From an uncultured Chloroflexia bacterium (GTDB lineage Bacteria > Chloroflexota > Anaerolineae > Anaerolineales > Anaerolineaceae): 32,000 bases of DNA. Made by a program: the position numbers and the translations under genes. Positions 14,973 to 24,300 of the stretch are shown one piece after another. Position 1 is the first letter of the stretch. Every line of letters starts with the position of its first letter. The stretch covers positions 3,210,001 through 3,242,000 of the forward strand of contig OY969938.1 in assembly GCA_963704755.1 (NCBI GenBank), written 5' to 3'. Below the pieces are notes generated by a model. That model was given only the letters and a program-made list of their open reading frames with translations. It searched no databases and was not told the DNA's origin.

Positions 14973-15605
14973 ATGTCGGAAAAGCTTGTAAATGCAATTG
15001 CCGAGATGGACGATGAGCAGGCGATAAACCTGGCCAAAGAACTGCTCGCCCAAGGCACCGATCCCATGGAAGTTCTGGCGGACTGCCGGAAGGCCATGGA
15101 AATTGTTGGCAAGCGTTTTGAGAACGGCGAATATTTCATCTCCGAGCTAATCCTGGCCGGCGAAATGCTCAAATCCATTTCAGCAGAAGTCAAACCCCTC
15201 GTCAAGCAGGAAGAAGAGGCCAAAACCGGGGGCAAGGTTTTGATTGGCACCGTCAAGGGTGACATTCACGATATTGCTAAAGATATCGTCGTGTTTATGC
15301 TGGACGTCAATGGCTTTGGGGTCAAAGACCTGGGAATTGATGTCTCCCCAGAGACCTTCGTCGAGGAAACAAAAAGCTACCAGCCGGATATCGTTGCGCT
15401 CAGCGGTTTCCTGACGCTGGCATATACCTCCATGAAAGAGACCGTAGACGCCCTTACGGCGGCCGGGCTGCGCGATAAAGTGAAGATCATGGTCGGCGGG
15501 GGTACGGTGGATGCCCAGGTTTGTGCTTTTGCAAATGCCGATGGTTGGGGCACGGATGCCATGACGGCTGTGAGTTTAGCCAAGCAGTGGACAGGAGCGA
15601 ACTGA
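14973..15605 (+). CDS. Corrinoid (B12-binding domain) protein, copy 2
   Basis: ATG 14973 is preceded by AAGGAG. DxHxxG is present as GDIHDIAK. It is about half identical by eye to copy 1 across the Rossmann domain. Confidence 0.88.
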   Translation: MSEKLVNAIAEMDDEQAINLAKELLAQGTDPMEVLADCRKAMEIVGKRFENGEYFISELILAGEMLKSISAEVKPLVKQEEEAKTGGKVLIGTVKGDIHDIAKDIVVFMLDVNGFGVKDLGIDVSPETFVEETKSYQPDIVALSGFLTLAYTSMKETVDALTAAGLRDKVKIMVGGGTVDAQVCAFANADGWGTDAMTAVSLAKQWTGAN

Positions 15606-15606
15606 G

Positions 15607-16896
15607 ATGACCGAGATGAGTTCAACAGTGGCAACGATTGATGCGGGCAAGAGCCCAGAGCAGTTGTTAAACGAGCGCATGGCGCGTTTTATGGCCGCAT
15701 TGCAGCTCAAAGAGCCCGATCGTGTTCCGATTATGTTGGGTATGGGCTATCTGCTGGCCGAATACGGTGGAATCACCCGCCAGGAACTGCAGGATAACCC
15801 GGAAAAGGCCCAGGAAGTACTCGAAAAAGCCGCCAAAGAATTTCAACCGGATATGGCGTTCGGTGTATTTGGCCTGGGGCCAAAGGCCAGCCTGGCCGTT
15901 GGCGATCAGATGACTAAATGGCCTGGCTACGGATTGGGCCCGAACGGCTCCTTCCAGTTCAATGAGCAGGAATTCATGAAAGGCGAAGATTACGATGCCT
16001 TTTTGGAAGATCCTTCGGACTGGGCTATTCGCACTTACCTGCCACGGGCCTTTAGTAAAATGGGCGGACTGGCACAGATCCCTCCGATGGGAATGTTCCT
16101 GTTCGGCTTCTACCACCTGGCGAACTTTGCTGCCTACGCTGCGCCTCAGGTGGTAGAAGCATTGAAAGCGTTGGGCGAGGCCGTCCAGGTGACCGCGGAA
16201 GGGTTGGGTCTCCTGATCAAATCGACCAACAGCCTGGCCGCCCTGGGCTTTGCCCCGCCTTTCTTTATGTCAGGCGCCTTGATCGAAGCACCTTTCGACT
16301 TTATGTCCGACACCCTGCGCGGTATGCGCGGCATCTTCCTGGATATGCACCGCCGCCCGGAGAAATTGATCGCAGCGCAGGAAAAGGTACTCAAATTCCA
16401 GGTGGAGTTTGCGATCAATCAGGCCAAAGCGACCAACATCCCCTACGCATTCATCCCGCTGCACCGTGGCTCAGACGGTTTCATGTCGCTGCCGCAGTTC
16501 GAGAAGTTTTACTGGCCGGGCCTGAAATCCATGATGGTGCAATTGATCGAGAACGGCATCACCCCGGCCGTGTTCTACGAAGGGGTATGGGATCAGCGCT
16601 TGAAATACCTGGCCGAACTGCCGGCGGGCAAATCGGTGGGCTGGTTCCAGAGCAGCGATATCTTCAAGGTCAAAGAGGTTCTGGGAGATACCCTGTGCAT
16701 CATGGGCGGCATGCCCAACTCGCTGCTGCAAGGCGGTACGGCCGAGCAGGTGCGCGAACGCACCCGTGAGCTGTGCGAGAAGGTCGGCAAGGGTGGCGGC
16801 TTCATCATGAGCACGGGCATCGGCGAACTGGAAGGCTGCGATCCGAAGCTGGTCAAAGTTTGGATGGACGCGACCAAAGAGTTCGGCGTATATTGA
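15607..16896 (+). CDS. URO-D-family methyltransferase (substrate:corrinoid methyltransferase, MT I-like)
   Basis: 429 aa, with the start overlapping the stop region of the corrinoid protein (AGGAG 8 nt upstream). It has uroporphyrinogen-decarboxylase-like TIM barrel features. It lacks the H-x-C zinc motif of MtaA/MtbA-type CoM methylases (the equivalent region reads IPLHRGSDG). Confidence 0.7.
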   Translation: MTEMSSTVATIDAGKSPEQLLNERMARFMAALQLKEPDRVPIMLGMGYLLAEYGGITRQELQDNPEKAQEVLEKAAKEFQPDMAFGVFGLGPKASLAVGDQMTKWPGYGLGPNGSFQFNEQEFMKGEDYDAFLEDPSDWAIRTYLPRAFSKMGGLAQIPPMGMFLFGFYHLANFAAYAAPQVVEALKALGEAVQVTAEGLGLLIKSTNSLAALGFAPPFFMSGALIEAPFDFMSDTLRGMRGIFLDMHRRPEKLIAAQEKVLKFQVEFAINQAKATNIPYAFIPLHRGSDGFMSLPQFEKFYWPGLKSMMVQLIENGITPAVFYEGVWDQRLKYLAELPAGKSVGWFQSSDIFKVKEVLGDTLCIMGGMPNSLLQGGTAEQVRERTRELCEKVGKGGGFIMSTGIGELEGCDPKLVKVWMDATKEFGVY

Positions 16897-16939
16897 TCTT
16901 TAAGAGCTGGCCTTTCCTTTTACCAGGCCAGCAATTGCT

Positions 16940-16980
16940 ACGTGCGGTCCTTTTTAGGGGAGGACCGCACGTTTGTTTTC
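16940..16980 (+). terminator. Intrinsic terminator after the MT I gene
   Basis: ACGTGCGGTCCT-(9 nt)-AGGACCGCACGT is followed by TTGTTTTC. It is preceded by a second hairpin, GCTGGCCT...AGGCCAGC (16906-16932). Confidence 0.6.
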
Positions 16981-17030
16981 CGCGAAGGTATTGAAAATGC
17001 CGCGATTCAACACGCTCTCTTCTATTCCGC

Positions 17031-17059
17031 TTGACAGCCGGCTTGCGGCGATCTACACT
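17031..17059 (+). promoter_or_regulatory. Promoter TTGACA-17-TACACT upstream of the activator gene
   Basis: TTGACA at 17031-17036 and TACACT at 17054-17059, read directly. Confidence 0.5.
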
Positions 17060-17106
17060 TCCTTGTAGTTTGTTCCCGGTTTAAGTCCCAAAGGATATGA
17101 CCCTGG

Positions 17107-18966
17107 ATGACCGACAAACCTTCAACGACAAAATTCACAGTAGATTTTGAGCCGCTGGGTAAGCGGGTGACCGTGCCACAGGGGGCGACGCTGCTGGATG
17201 CGGCCCGCCAGGCCGGGCTACCCCTGACCTCCGACTGCGGCGGAGCGGGAACCTGTGGCCAGTGCCTGGTTATTGCCCGTGAAGGGAGCAATGCCCTCAG
17301 TGCAGCTAACCTGGTCGAACAGGCTGTGCTCACCGCAGAGCAGCTTGGGGCGGGTTACCGCCAGGCCTGCCAGGCCGAGGTGCTGGGTGACGTAAAAATC
17401 GATGTGCCGGTGGCCTCGGTGATCACTGCCCAGCGTTTGCAGGTCGAATCGCGAGCTGCCGAGCCGGCTGTGCCCGGTACCTTCGACGACCTGGTCGTGC
17501 AGCCTTACCGGGTCAGCCTGGTGCCGGCCACCCTGGCCGACCTGCGCGGCGACCTGGAGCGGGTGTTGGATGCCCTGGCAGAGGAGTACCAGCTCAGCGG
17601 CTTGACGGCCGGACCGGCCGCGCTGCGGGCCCTTTCGCCCCTGCTGCGCCAACAGGATTGGCAGGTTTTGGTATTAGTCCGCGGGCGGGAGATCGTGGGC
17701 TTCCTGGCCCCGGGTGCGCGGCCGCTGGGCCTGGCGGTGGACCTGGGGACGACCAAGGTGGCTGCTTACCTGGTGGACCTGGTGAGCGGGGAAACCCTGG
17801 CCGCCGAAGGCCGGCCCAACCCGCAGATCGGTTACGGCGAAGACTTGATCAGCCGCCTGGCCTATGCCATCCGCAAGACGGACGGCGAAAGCACCCTGTC
17901 CGGGGCGGTCTACACCACCCTGGGCGAACTGGCTCGGGAGCTGGCCGGGCGGGCCGGCGAACCGGTGGAGCATATCGCTGAAGCCTGTATTGTGGGCAAC
18001 ACCGCCATGACCCATTTGCTATTGAATTTGCCCATATACCAGTTAGCCCTGGCGCCCTACATCCCAGCCACGGCCATGCCGCAGGAAGTCCGCACGGCGG
18101 AGATGGGCCTGAATTTCGTCAGCGACGCGCGCGTGCACGTGCCGGCCTGCGTGGCCGGTTTCGTCGGGGCCGACCACGTGGCTATGGTCCTGGCCAGTGA
18201 TATCGACCGCGAGAACCGCACGGTATTGGGGATCGACATTGGCACCAACACCGAGATCGTCCTTTCCCGTGCAGGGACTTCCCGTTTGGTCTCGCTTTCC
18301 TGCGCGTCCGGGCCGGCCTTCGAAGGCGCGCACATTCACGCCGGGATGCGCGCCGCAGCCGGGGCCATCGAGCGGGTCTGGCTGGATGGCGGCAGCCCGA
18401 CCGTGCAGACGATCGACCATGCGCCGGCTGTGGGCATTTGCGGTTCGGGTATCATCGATACGGTGGCCGAGCTGCACCGCCTGGGTATCATCAACATGCG
18501 CGGGCGGTTTCAAGCTGGGGCGGCCGGCGTGCGGCCGGGCCACGGCGAACTGGAATATTTGCTGGTCCCGGCTGAACAAAGCGGCAGCGGCGAGGACATC
18601 ACCATCACCCAGCACGACGTGGACGAAATCCAGTTGGCCAAAGGCGCCATCATGGCCGGCATCCGCGTGCTGCTGGAGGTGTGTGGGCTGACCGTCGAGG
18701 ACCTGGACGAGGTTATCCTGGCCGGGGCTTTTGGCACTTACCTGAATCTGGAGACGTCCATTGCCATCGGGCTCTTACCGGATCTGCCCCTGGAGCGTTA
18801 CCGCCAGGTGGGCAATGCCGCCGGAGATGGCGCGCGCCAGATCTTAGTCTCGCGGGCCGCGCGCGAACGGGCGGTCGAAATTGCCCGGCGGATCGAATAT
18901 GTGGAGCTGACGATTTACCCGGGCTTTGCCCGTATTTATGCTAAATCCATGTTACTTAACGGTTGA
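17107..18966 (+). CDS. Reductive activator of corrinoid-dependent enzymes (RACE/RACo-like: 2Fe-2S ferredoxin + ASKHA ATPase, COG3894)
   Basis: The N-terminal plant-type ferredoxin motif is CGGAGTCGQC. The remainder (LAVDLGTTKV..., GIDIGTNTE...) has the actin-like ATPase fold (DUF4445). Confidence 0.85.
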   Translation: MTDKPSTTKFTVDFEPLGKRVTVPQGATLLDAARQAGLPLTSDCGGAGTCGQCLVIAREGSNALSAANLVEQAVLTAEQLGAGYRQACQAEVLGDVKIDVPVASVITAQRLQVESRAAEPAVPGTFDDLVVQPYRVSLVPATLADLRGDLERVLDALAEEYQLSGLTAGPAALRALSPLLRQQDWQVLVLVRGREIVGFLAPGARPLGLAVDLGTTKVAAYLVDLVSGETLAAEGRPNPQIGYGEDLISRLAYAIRKTDGESTLSGAVYTTLGELARELAGRAGEPVEHIAEACIVGNTAMTHLLLNLPIYQLALAPYIPATAMPQEVRTAEMGLNFVSDARVHVPACVAGFVGADHVAMVLASDIDRENRTVLGIDIGTNTEIVLSRAGTSRLVSLSCASGPAFEGAHIHAGMRAAAGAIERVWLDGGSPTVQTIDHAPAVGICGSGIIDTVAELHRLGIINMRGRFQAGAAGVRPGHGELEYLLVPAEQSGSGEDITITQHDVDEIQLAKGAIMAGIRVLLEVCGLTVEDLDEVILAGAFGTYLNLETSIAIGLLPDLPLERYRQVGNAAGDGARQILVSRAARERAVEIARRIEYVELTIYPGFARIYAKSMLLNG

Positions 18967-18986
18967 ATTGATCCTAGAGGAATTTT

Positions 18987-19655
18987 ATGGATTACACGCG
19001 AACATTGGTGCTGGCCTGCGCAACGGTCATCGAAGAAATGGAACCGCTCATGCCGCCCGGCATGCCGCACGAGGTCTTCGACTTCGGGCTGCATGTCAAT
19101 CCCGGTGAGCTGCGCAGTACCTTACAGGAAGCCATCAATCGGGTGGGGGACGAGATCGACACGATCATCCTGGGGTATGGGTTGTGTTCCATGGCGGTGA
19201 TCGGGATCAAAGCGGAGCGCCAAACCCTGGTCGTTCCGCGGGTGGATGATTGTATCTCTATTTTCCTCGGCTCTCGCGGGGCATACCAGCAGCAAGCTCA
19301 TGCGGAACCGGGTACGTATTACCTGACCAAGGGCTGGATCGAAGTAGGCGACACGCCTTTTTCGGATTACGAGCACATGGTGGAGCGCTACGGCCCGCAG
19401 CGAGCCGAGCGCATCATGAAGATTATGCTGGCCAATTACACCCGCGTAGCGCTGATCGATACCGGCCAATATGCGTTGGACTATTACCGTGATTATGCCC
19501 GCCGCACGGCAGCCCGTTTCAACCTGCGCTTCGAGGAGATCCCCGGCTCGAACGATCTGGTGCGCAAAATGATTTTCGGCCCCTGGGACGACGCGTTTGT
19601 GGTGGCGCCACCGGGCGAGATGATTAGTTACGGTATGTTCTTTCCGGGGGAGTAA
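18987..19655 (+). CDS. DUF1638-domain protein (function unknown, corrinoid-cluster associated)
   Basis: 222 aa, with RBS AGAGGA. I recognise the sequence as resembling the DUF1638 family. Three Cys lie in conserved-looking contexts (LACATV, GLCSMA, VDDCIS). Confidence 0.6.
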   Translation: MDYTRTLVLACATVIEEMEPLMPPGMPHEVFDFGLHVNPGELRSTLQEAINRVGDEIDTIILGYGLCSMAVIGIKAERQTLVVPRVDDCISIFLGSRGAYQQQAHAEPGTYYLTKGWIEVGDTPFSDYEHMVERYGPQRAERIMKIMLANYTRVALIDTGQYALDYYRDYARRTAARFNLRFEEIPGSNDLVRKMIFGPWDDAFVVAPPGEMISYGMFFPGE

Positions 19656-19658
19656 GAT

Positions 19659-19711
19659 GAGGTTTCGTGTGTTTTTGTGCCACTTTGTGGCACAAAAACA
19701 CACGAAACCTC
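19659..19711. repeat. Long perfect palindrome H3 (25-bp stem, TTT loop)
   Basis: GAGGTTTCGTGTGTTTTTGTGCCAC-TTT-GTGGCACAAAAACACACGAAACCTC, starting 4 nt after the DUF1638 stop. Confidence 0.95.
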
Positions 19712-19735
19712 CAGGGGGTGAGGTAAACAGGTGAA

Positions 19736-19760
19736 AACCTGTGCAGCCAGGTTGTTTTTT
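19736..19760 (+). terminator. Canonical intrinsic terminator of the methyltransferase operon
   Basis: AACCTG-TGCAGC-CAGGTT is followed by GTTTTTT. It overlaps an alternative ACAGGT-GAAA-ACCTGT hairpin (19727-19742). Confidence 0.55.
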
Positions 19761-19894
19761 AATATAAAGAAAATCTAGAGAATCTATAATAGATTGTATA
19801 GAATTTTTCGACCTGTTTTATAGTAAAGTTACTTTCAGGGGGGATGATGCGATCACCTTATTTTCACAGCAGGGAGAACACAGGAGCGCCGAGG

Positions 19895-21150
19895 ATGCGT
19901 GATGACCCGGGCACACGGATGCAATCAACGATCAATGCGGTTTATCAGTCCGACTCGCGGCGAGTTCCTGGCGGCTTTGGTACGCCTGCTGGGCGACCTG
20001 GACCTGGCCGAAGAAGCCCTCGACGATGCTTTCTGTGTGGCGGGCGAGCGCTGGCCGGTCGAAGGCTTACCGGCCAATCCGTGTACCTGGTTGGTCGAGC
20101 TGGGATATCGCCAGGCGCTCGACCGATTACGCCAGCAGGCTCGCTTCGACGCTTCGGTGAGGATCCGGGCCAATGGCCTTTTACGGGCAGGGGAGCACCC
20201 GGTCGATACGGTGGACGAGGATATTGCGGATGAGCGCTTGAGTTCTTATTTTTCTGTGCTGCCACCCGGTCCTGGCGCCTGAAGGACAGATTGCGTTGAC
20301 TCTGCGAATTGTCAGCGGCCTGGCCAGCGATGTCATTGCGCAGGGAATGCAAACGCGCCCGCTGGCCATCGACCAGCGCATCTTACGCGCCAAAGGCAAG
20401 ATCCGTGAAGCGCACATTCCGTATGAGATTCCATCGCGGGTTGATATGCCGCACCGGCTGGATTCGGTGCTGAACGTCATTTCCTTGATTTTTGACGAAG
20501 GCTATACGGTCGCGGCCAGTGAAGCGCCGGCCCGGGCCAGGCTTTCGAGCGAGGCCATTCGCCTGGGGCGGATGCTGGTCGAGCTGCTGCCCGAGCCCGA
20601 GGCGATCAGCCTTTTGGCGCTCATGCTGCTGCGAGAATCGCGCCGCACGGCCCGCACCTCCTCTTTGGGTGAGTTTATCCCCTTGACCGATCAGGACCGC
20701 AATCTCTGGAACCGCGACCTGATCCTGGAGGGAGTAATCTTAGTCGATCAGGCGCTGCTTTCCCATCGTTTTGGGCCTTATACCCTCCAGGCCGCCATCG
20801 AGACGCTGCACGCCGAGGCGCCCAGCTCAACCGCTACCGACTGGCCCCAGGTGGTTGGCCTGTACGATGTGCTGCTGCGCGCCGATCCTTCGCCGCAGGT
20901 CGAGCGCGACCGGGCCGCGGCGGTGGCGCTGCGGGACGGTCCCGCAGCCGGGTTGGCTTTGATCGATGCCATCCTGGACCGTGGTGACCTGGAAGAGGAT
21001 CACCTGGTCTACTGGGTGCGGGCCGACCTGTGCCGGCGGCTGGGTAGAACGGTGGAGGCGCGGGTGGCCTATTTACAGGCGCTTTCGCTCACCCATCAGG
21101 ATGCGGAACGGCGCTACCTCGAGCGGCGAGTCAACGAACTTCCTATCTAA
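19895..21150 (+). pseudogene. COG4941-type ECF-like sigma factor with C-terminal TPR-like extension, disrupted by two +1 frameshifts
   Basis: The family-typical sequence is split across three frames. Frame 2 carries INAVYQSDSRRV up to ~19966. Frame 0 carries LAALVRLLGDLDLAEEALDDAF...DERLS up to ~20243. Frame 1 carries LIFLCCHPVLAPEGQIALTLR...RILRAKGKIREAHIPYEIPS... through the stop at 21150. Confidence 0.8.
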
Positions 21151-21171
21151 CGTCAGTTCGGGATAAGGGTT

Positions 21172-21228
21172 TTTGAGTGTGTTTTTATTCGTGGCGGCGC
21201 AGCCGCCACGAATAAAAACACACTCAAA
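21172..21228. repeat. Long perfect palindrome H4 (27-bp stem, GCA loop)
   Basis: TTTGAGTGTGTTTTTATTCGTGGCGGC-GCA-GCCGCCACGAATAAAAACACACTCAAA. It shares the GTGTGTTTTT core with H3 and is nested inside the 10-bp inverted repeat TTCGGGATAA (21157-21166) / TTATCCCGAA (21246-21255). Confidence 0.95.
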
Positions 21229-21272
21229 TTACTTCTCTTTTCTTTTATCCCGAATTTATGTTATTTAATAAA

Positions 21273-21313
21273 GGGATATATTTGTGCTGGCAAAGCCAGC
21301 ACAAATATATCCC
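21273..21313. repeat. Perfect palindrome H5 (19-bp stem, AAA loop)
   Basis: GGGATATATTTGTGCTGGC-AAA-GCCAGCACAAATATATCCC. The apex GTGCTGGCAAAGCCAGCAC is identical to the apex of H1. Confidence 0.95.
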
Positions 21314-21330
21314 CATCGTTTTTCCAGGCC

Positions 21331-24300
21331 TTAACTGAACAGCACCTTTACGTCATCGCGGGTCAGTGACTTAAAGAAGCTGCCTTCGGAAGAGATCAAC
21401 TGCTGCACCAGTTCTTTCTTGCGGTTTTGCAGTTCCAGGATCTTCTCTTCCACGGTTTCGCGGGCGATGATTTTATAGATGAAAACCGGCTTATCCTGGC
21501 CGATGCGGTGAGCCCGGTCGGCGGCCTGCATTTCCACGGCCGGGTTCCACCACGGGTCGAGGTGGATGACGTAATCGGCGGCGGTCAGGTTCAGGCCAAC
21601 CCCGCCGGCTTTCAGGCTGATGAGAAAGCAGGCCAGGTCGGGTTCATTCTGGAAACGGTCGACGCACTCCTGGCGGTTTTTAGTCTTGCCGTCCAGGTAG
21701 GTGTAGGACAGGCCGATCTTGTGCAGTTCAGTTTCGAGCAGGTGCAGCGATTGCACAAATTGCGAAAAGACCAGGGTCTTATGACCTTCGGACTGGAGAG
21801 TTGCCAGTGTTTCGAGCAAGACTTCGAATTTGGCGGATGATTTGTTGTACCCCGGCTCGACCAGCGCCGGGTGGATGCAGATCTGGCGCAGGCGCAGCAG
21901 CCCCTCCAAAATCTTCATGCGGGTGTTGTCGAGGCCCTCTTTATCGATCATACCGAGCAACTGGGCCCGGTAATAGTCACGGGTGTGGTTGTAAAGTTTG
22001 CGTTGAGCCGGCTCCAGGTCGGTGTAAATTACCCGCTCGGTGCGCGGCGGCAGCTCGGGAGCAACCTGGGCCTTGGTCCGGCGCAGGATAAAGGGGTAAA
22101 CCATGCGCTTGAGCAGGCCGGCCGTCTGGTCGTCCTGGCGGCTTTCGATCGGTGTGGCGAACTCGCGCCGGAAATAGTCCATGCCGCCCAACAGGCCGGG
22201 ATTGATGAAGGCGAACTGCGACCACAGTTCGAAGGTGTTGTTTTCGACCGGTGTGCCGGTCATTGCCAGGCGGTGCGCGGCGTTGATCAGCCGGATCGCC
22301 TTGGCCGACTGCGCCAGGGGGTTCTTGATGGCCTGCGATTCATCCAGGATGACGTAGTCGAAGCGGTACTTACGCAGGAGCTCGATATCGCGCAGCATGG
22401 TGCCGTAAGTGGTCAAAACGATGTCGTAATCATCGAAGCTCTCGGGGTCTTTGTTACGGAAATTGCCCATGTATTCCAGAATGCGCAGGCCGGGGGTAAA
22501 GCGGGCCGATTCACGCTGCCAGTTGGTCAGCAGGCTCTTGGGGACGATTAGCAAGGAGGCAGCCTGCCGTTTGGATTGTTCGCAAAGCGATTGCAGGAAG
22601 GCCAGCACCTGGATTGTTTTGCCCAGGCCCATATCATCCGCCAGGATGCCGCCGAAGTTGTATTCGCGCAGGAAGTGCAGCCAGTCCAGGCCGGCCTTTT
22701 GATAGGGGCGCAGCTCGCCGGTGAAGTTTTGCGGCACGGGCTGGGGCCGGATGTTTTCGAAGCTCTGCAGGCGCTGGCGTTTTTGCTCGTATTCGGCCGT
22801 TTTATTGACCTGGCTGGCATCCTCGAGCAGTTCGTCTACCAGGGGGAGCTGCAATTCATTGATACGCAAGCCGCCCTCGGTCTCCTCGGCCAGGTTGAAG
22901 AGGTGTTTGTAGCGCTCCAGCCAGGTTTCAGGGATCTGTCCAACCGAGCCATCGGCCAGTTTGATGTAACTCTGGCCTTTTTTGATTGCCTTGCGGATTT
23001 CGTTGAGCTTAATTTCCTGGTCGCCATACAGTACCACGGCTTCCAATTCGAACCAATCGATGCCGCTGGTGATGTTGACCCGCAAGGTGGGCAGGTTGCG
23101 GTTGACCTTGCCGAGCGATTCTTTATCGCCGTAAATTTCGAAGCCGGCCTGGGTCAGGGCCGGGATGCAGTTCATTAAAAAGTCGTACGGGTGGGTGTGG
23201 GCGCGAATCTCGAAGGTGCCATAGGGATAGTTGCTGTTCGCACGCTTGAGGCCGTACCTGGTATCGGTCAACACCTGGTAAAAGTGCTGTTCCTGTTCGA
23301 GCTGACGGAAAACGCGGGTCATTGTCCAGGAAGTGGGCTCGTCCACCATCAGGGGCGAAACGGGGGCGCGGCCCGGCAGGACTTCGTACTCATCGTAGCC
23401 AAAGCGCAAGTCGGCGCGCAGAACCCCTTCGTCATTGTGCAGGTACAGGCGCGGGATGGCGTTCACAGTGATGTCGTCCCATTGAACCAGGTCACTTTGG
23501 ACCGGCACGTGTTCGATGATGCGGCGGAAATACCTGGAGCGAAAAGTTTCTTCATCGCTGGCAGGAATTTCGAGCGGCAGGATCGAAAGCAGGTCGAAGC
23601 TTTCCGGGTTGGCTACCGGCGCCAGGGTATTGCCGAACAGCACCCAGGCCGGTTCATGTGAGACGACGCGCAGGCTTTCTTTGGCCGAGGAGAAGATCTG
23701 CCCCTCCCGTTCGATGCCGGCTTGCAGGGAGAGGTGATCGCTATCCCGGGCCAGGGCCGCTTTGATTTCCACGGCCTGTTCCAATACTTGCAGGCGGCCC
23801 TTGAATTGCCGATTCCCGTCCATAAAAAAGATGGGCACATCCAAATGCTCCAGCAGCGCCAGGTAAGGCCCAAACCCGGCAAACCGGCCAAAATAATGCA
23901 CCTGTTGGTTAATAAACTCGAAGGCTGCGATGCCATCGATGGACAGGTTGAGACAACCGGCCGGGTTCAATCCCTGGAACTGGTTGTCGATGAGCTTTGT
24001 CCAGGAAGTGTCTTCTTCCAGCAATTTATTGACCGCGGCCGGGTTGCCCGGTGGGTAATCTTGCAGCCTGTCCCAGACCTTGGCTTTGACGACATAGGTT
24101 GTCAGGTTATACGAGTAATTCGCGTAATATTCATTTTCGTATAATATCAAAACCATAGCGTAGTGTTGGAAATGGACAATACTTTTATGTTGAGGCGCAC
24201 TCTCCAGGGCGATACCCAGGCGGTATTGCCAGTTCGATTGGCCCGCCGGGGTTCTGAGAAAATTGCTGAAGGCCATTGCGGCGGCGACAATATGTTTACA

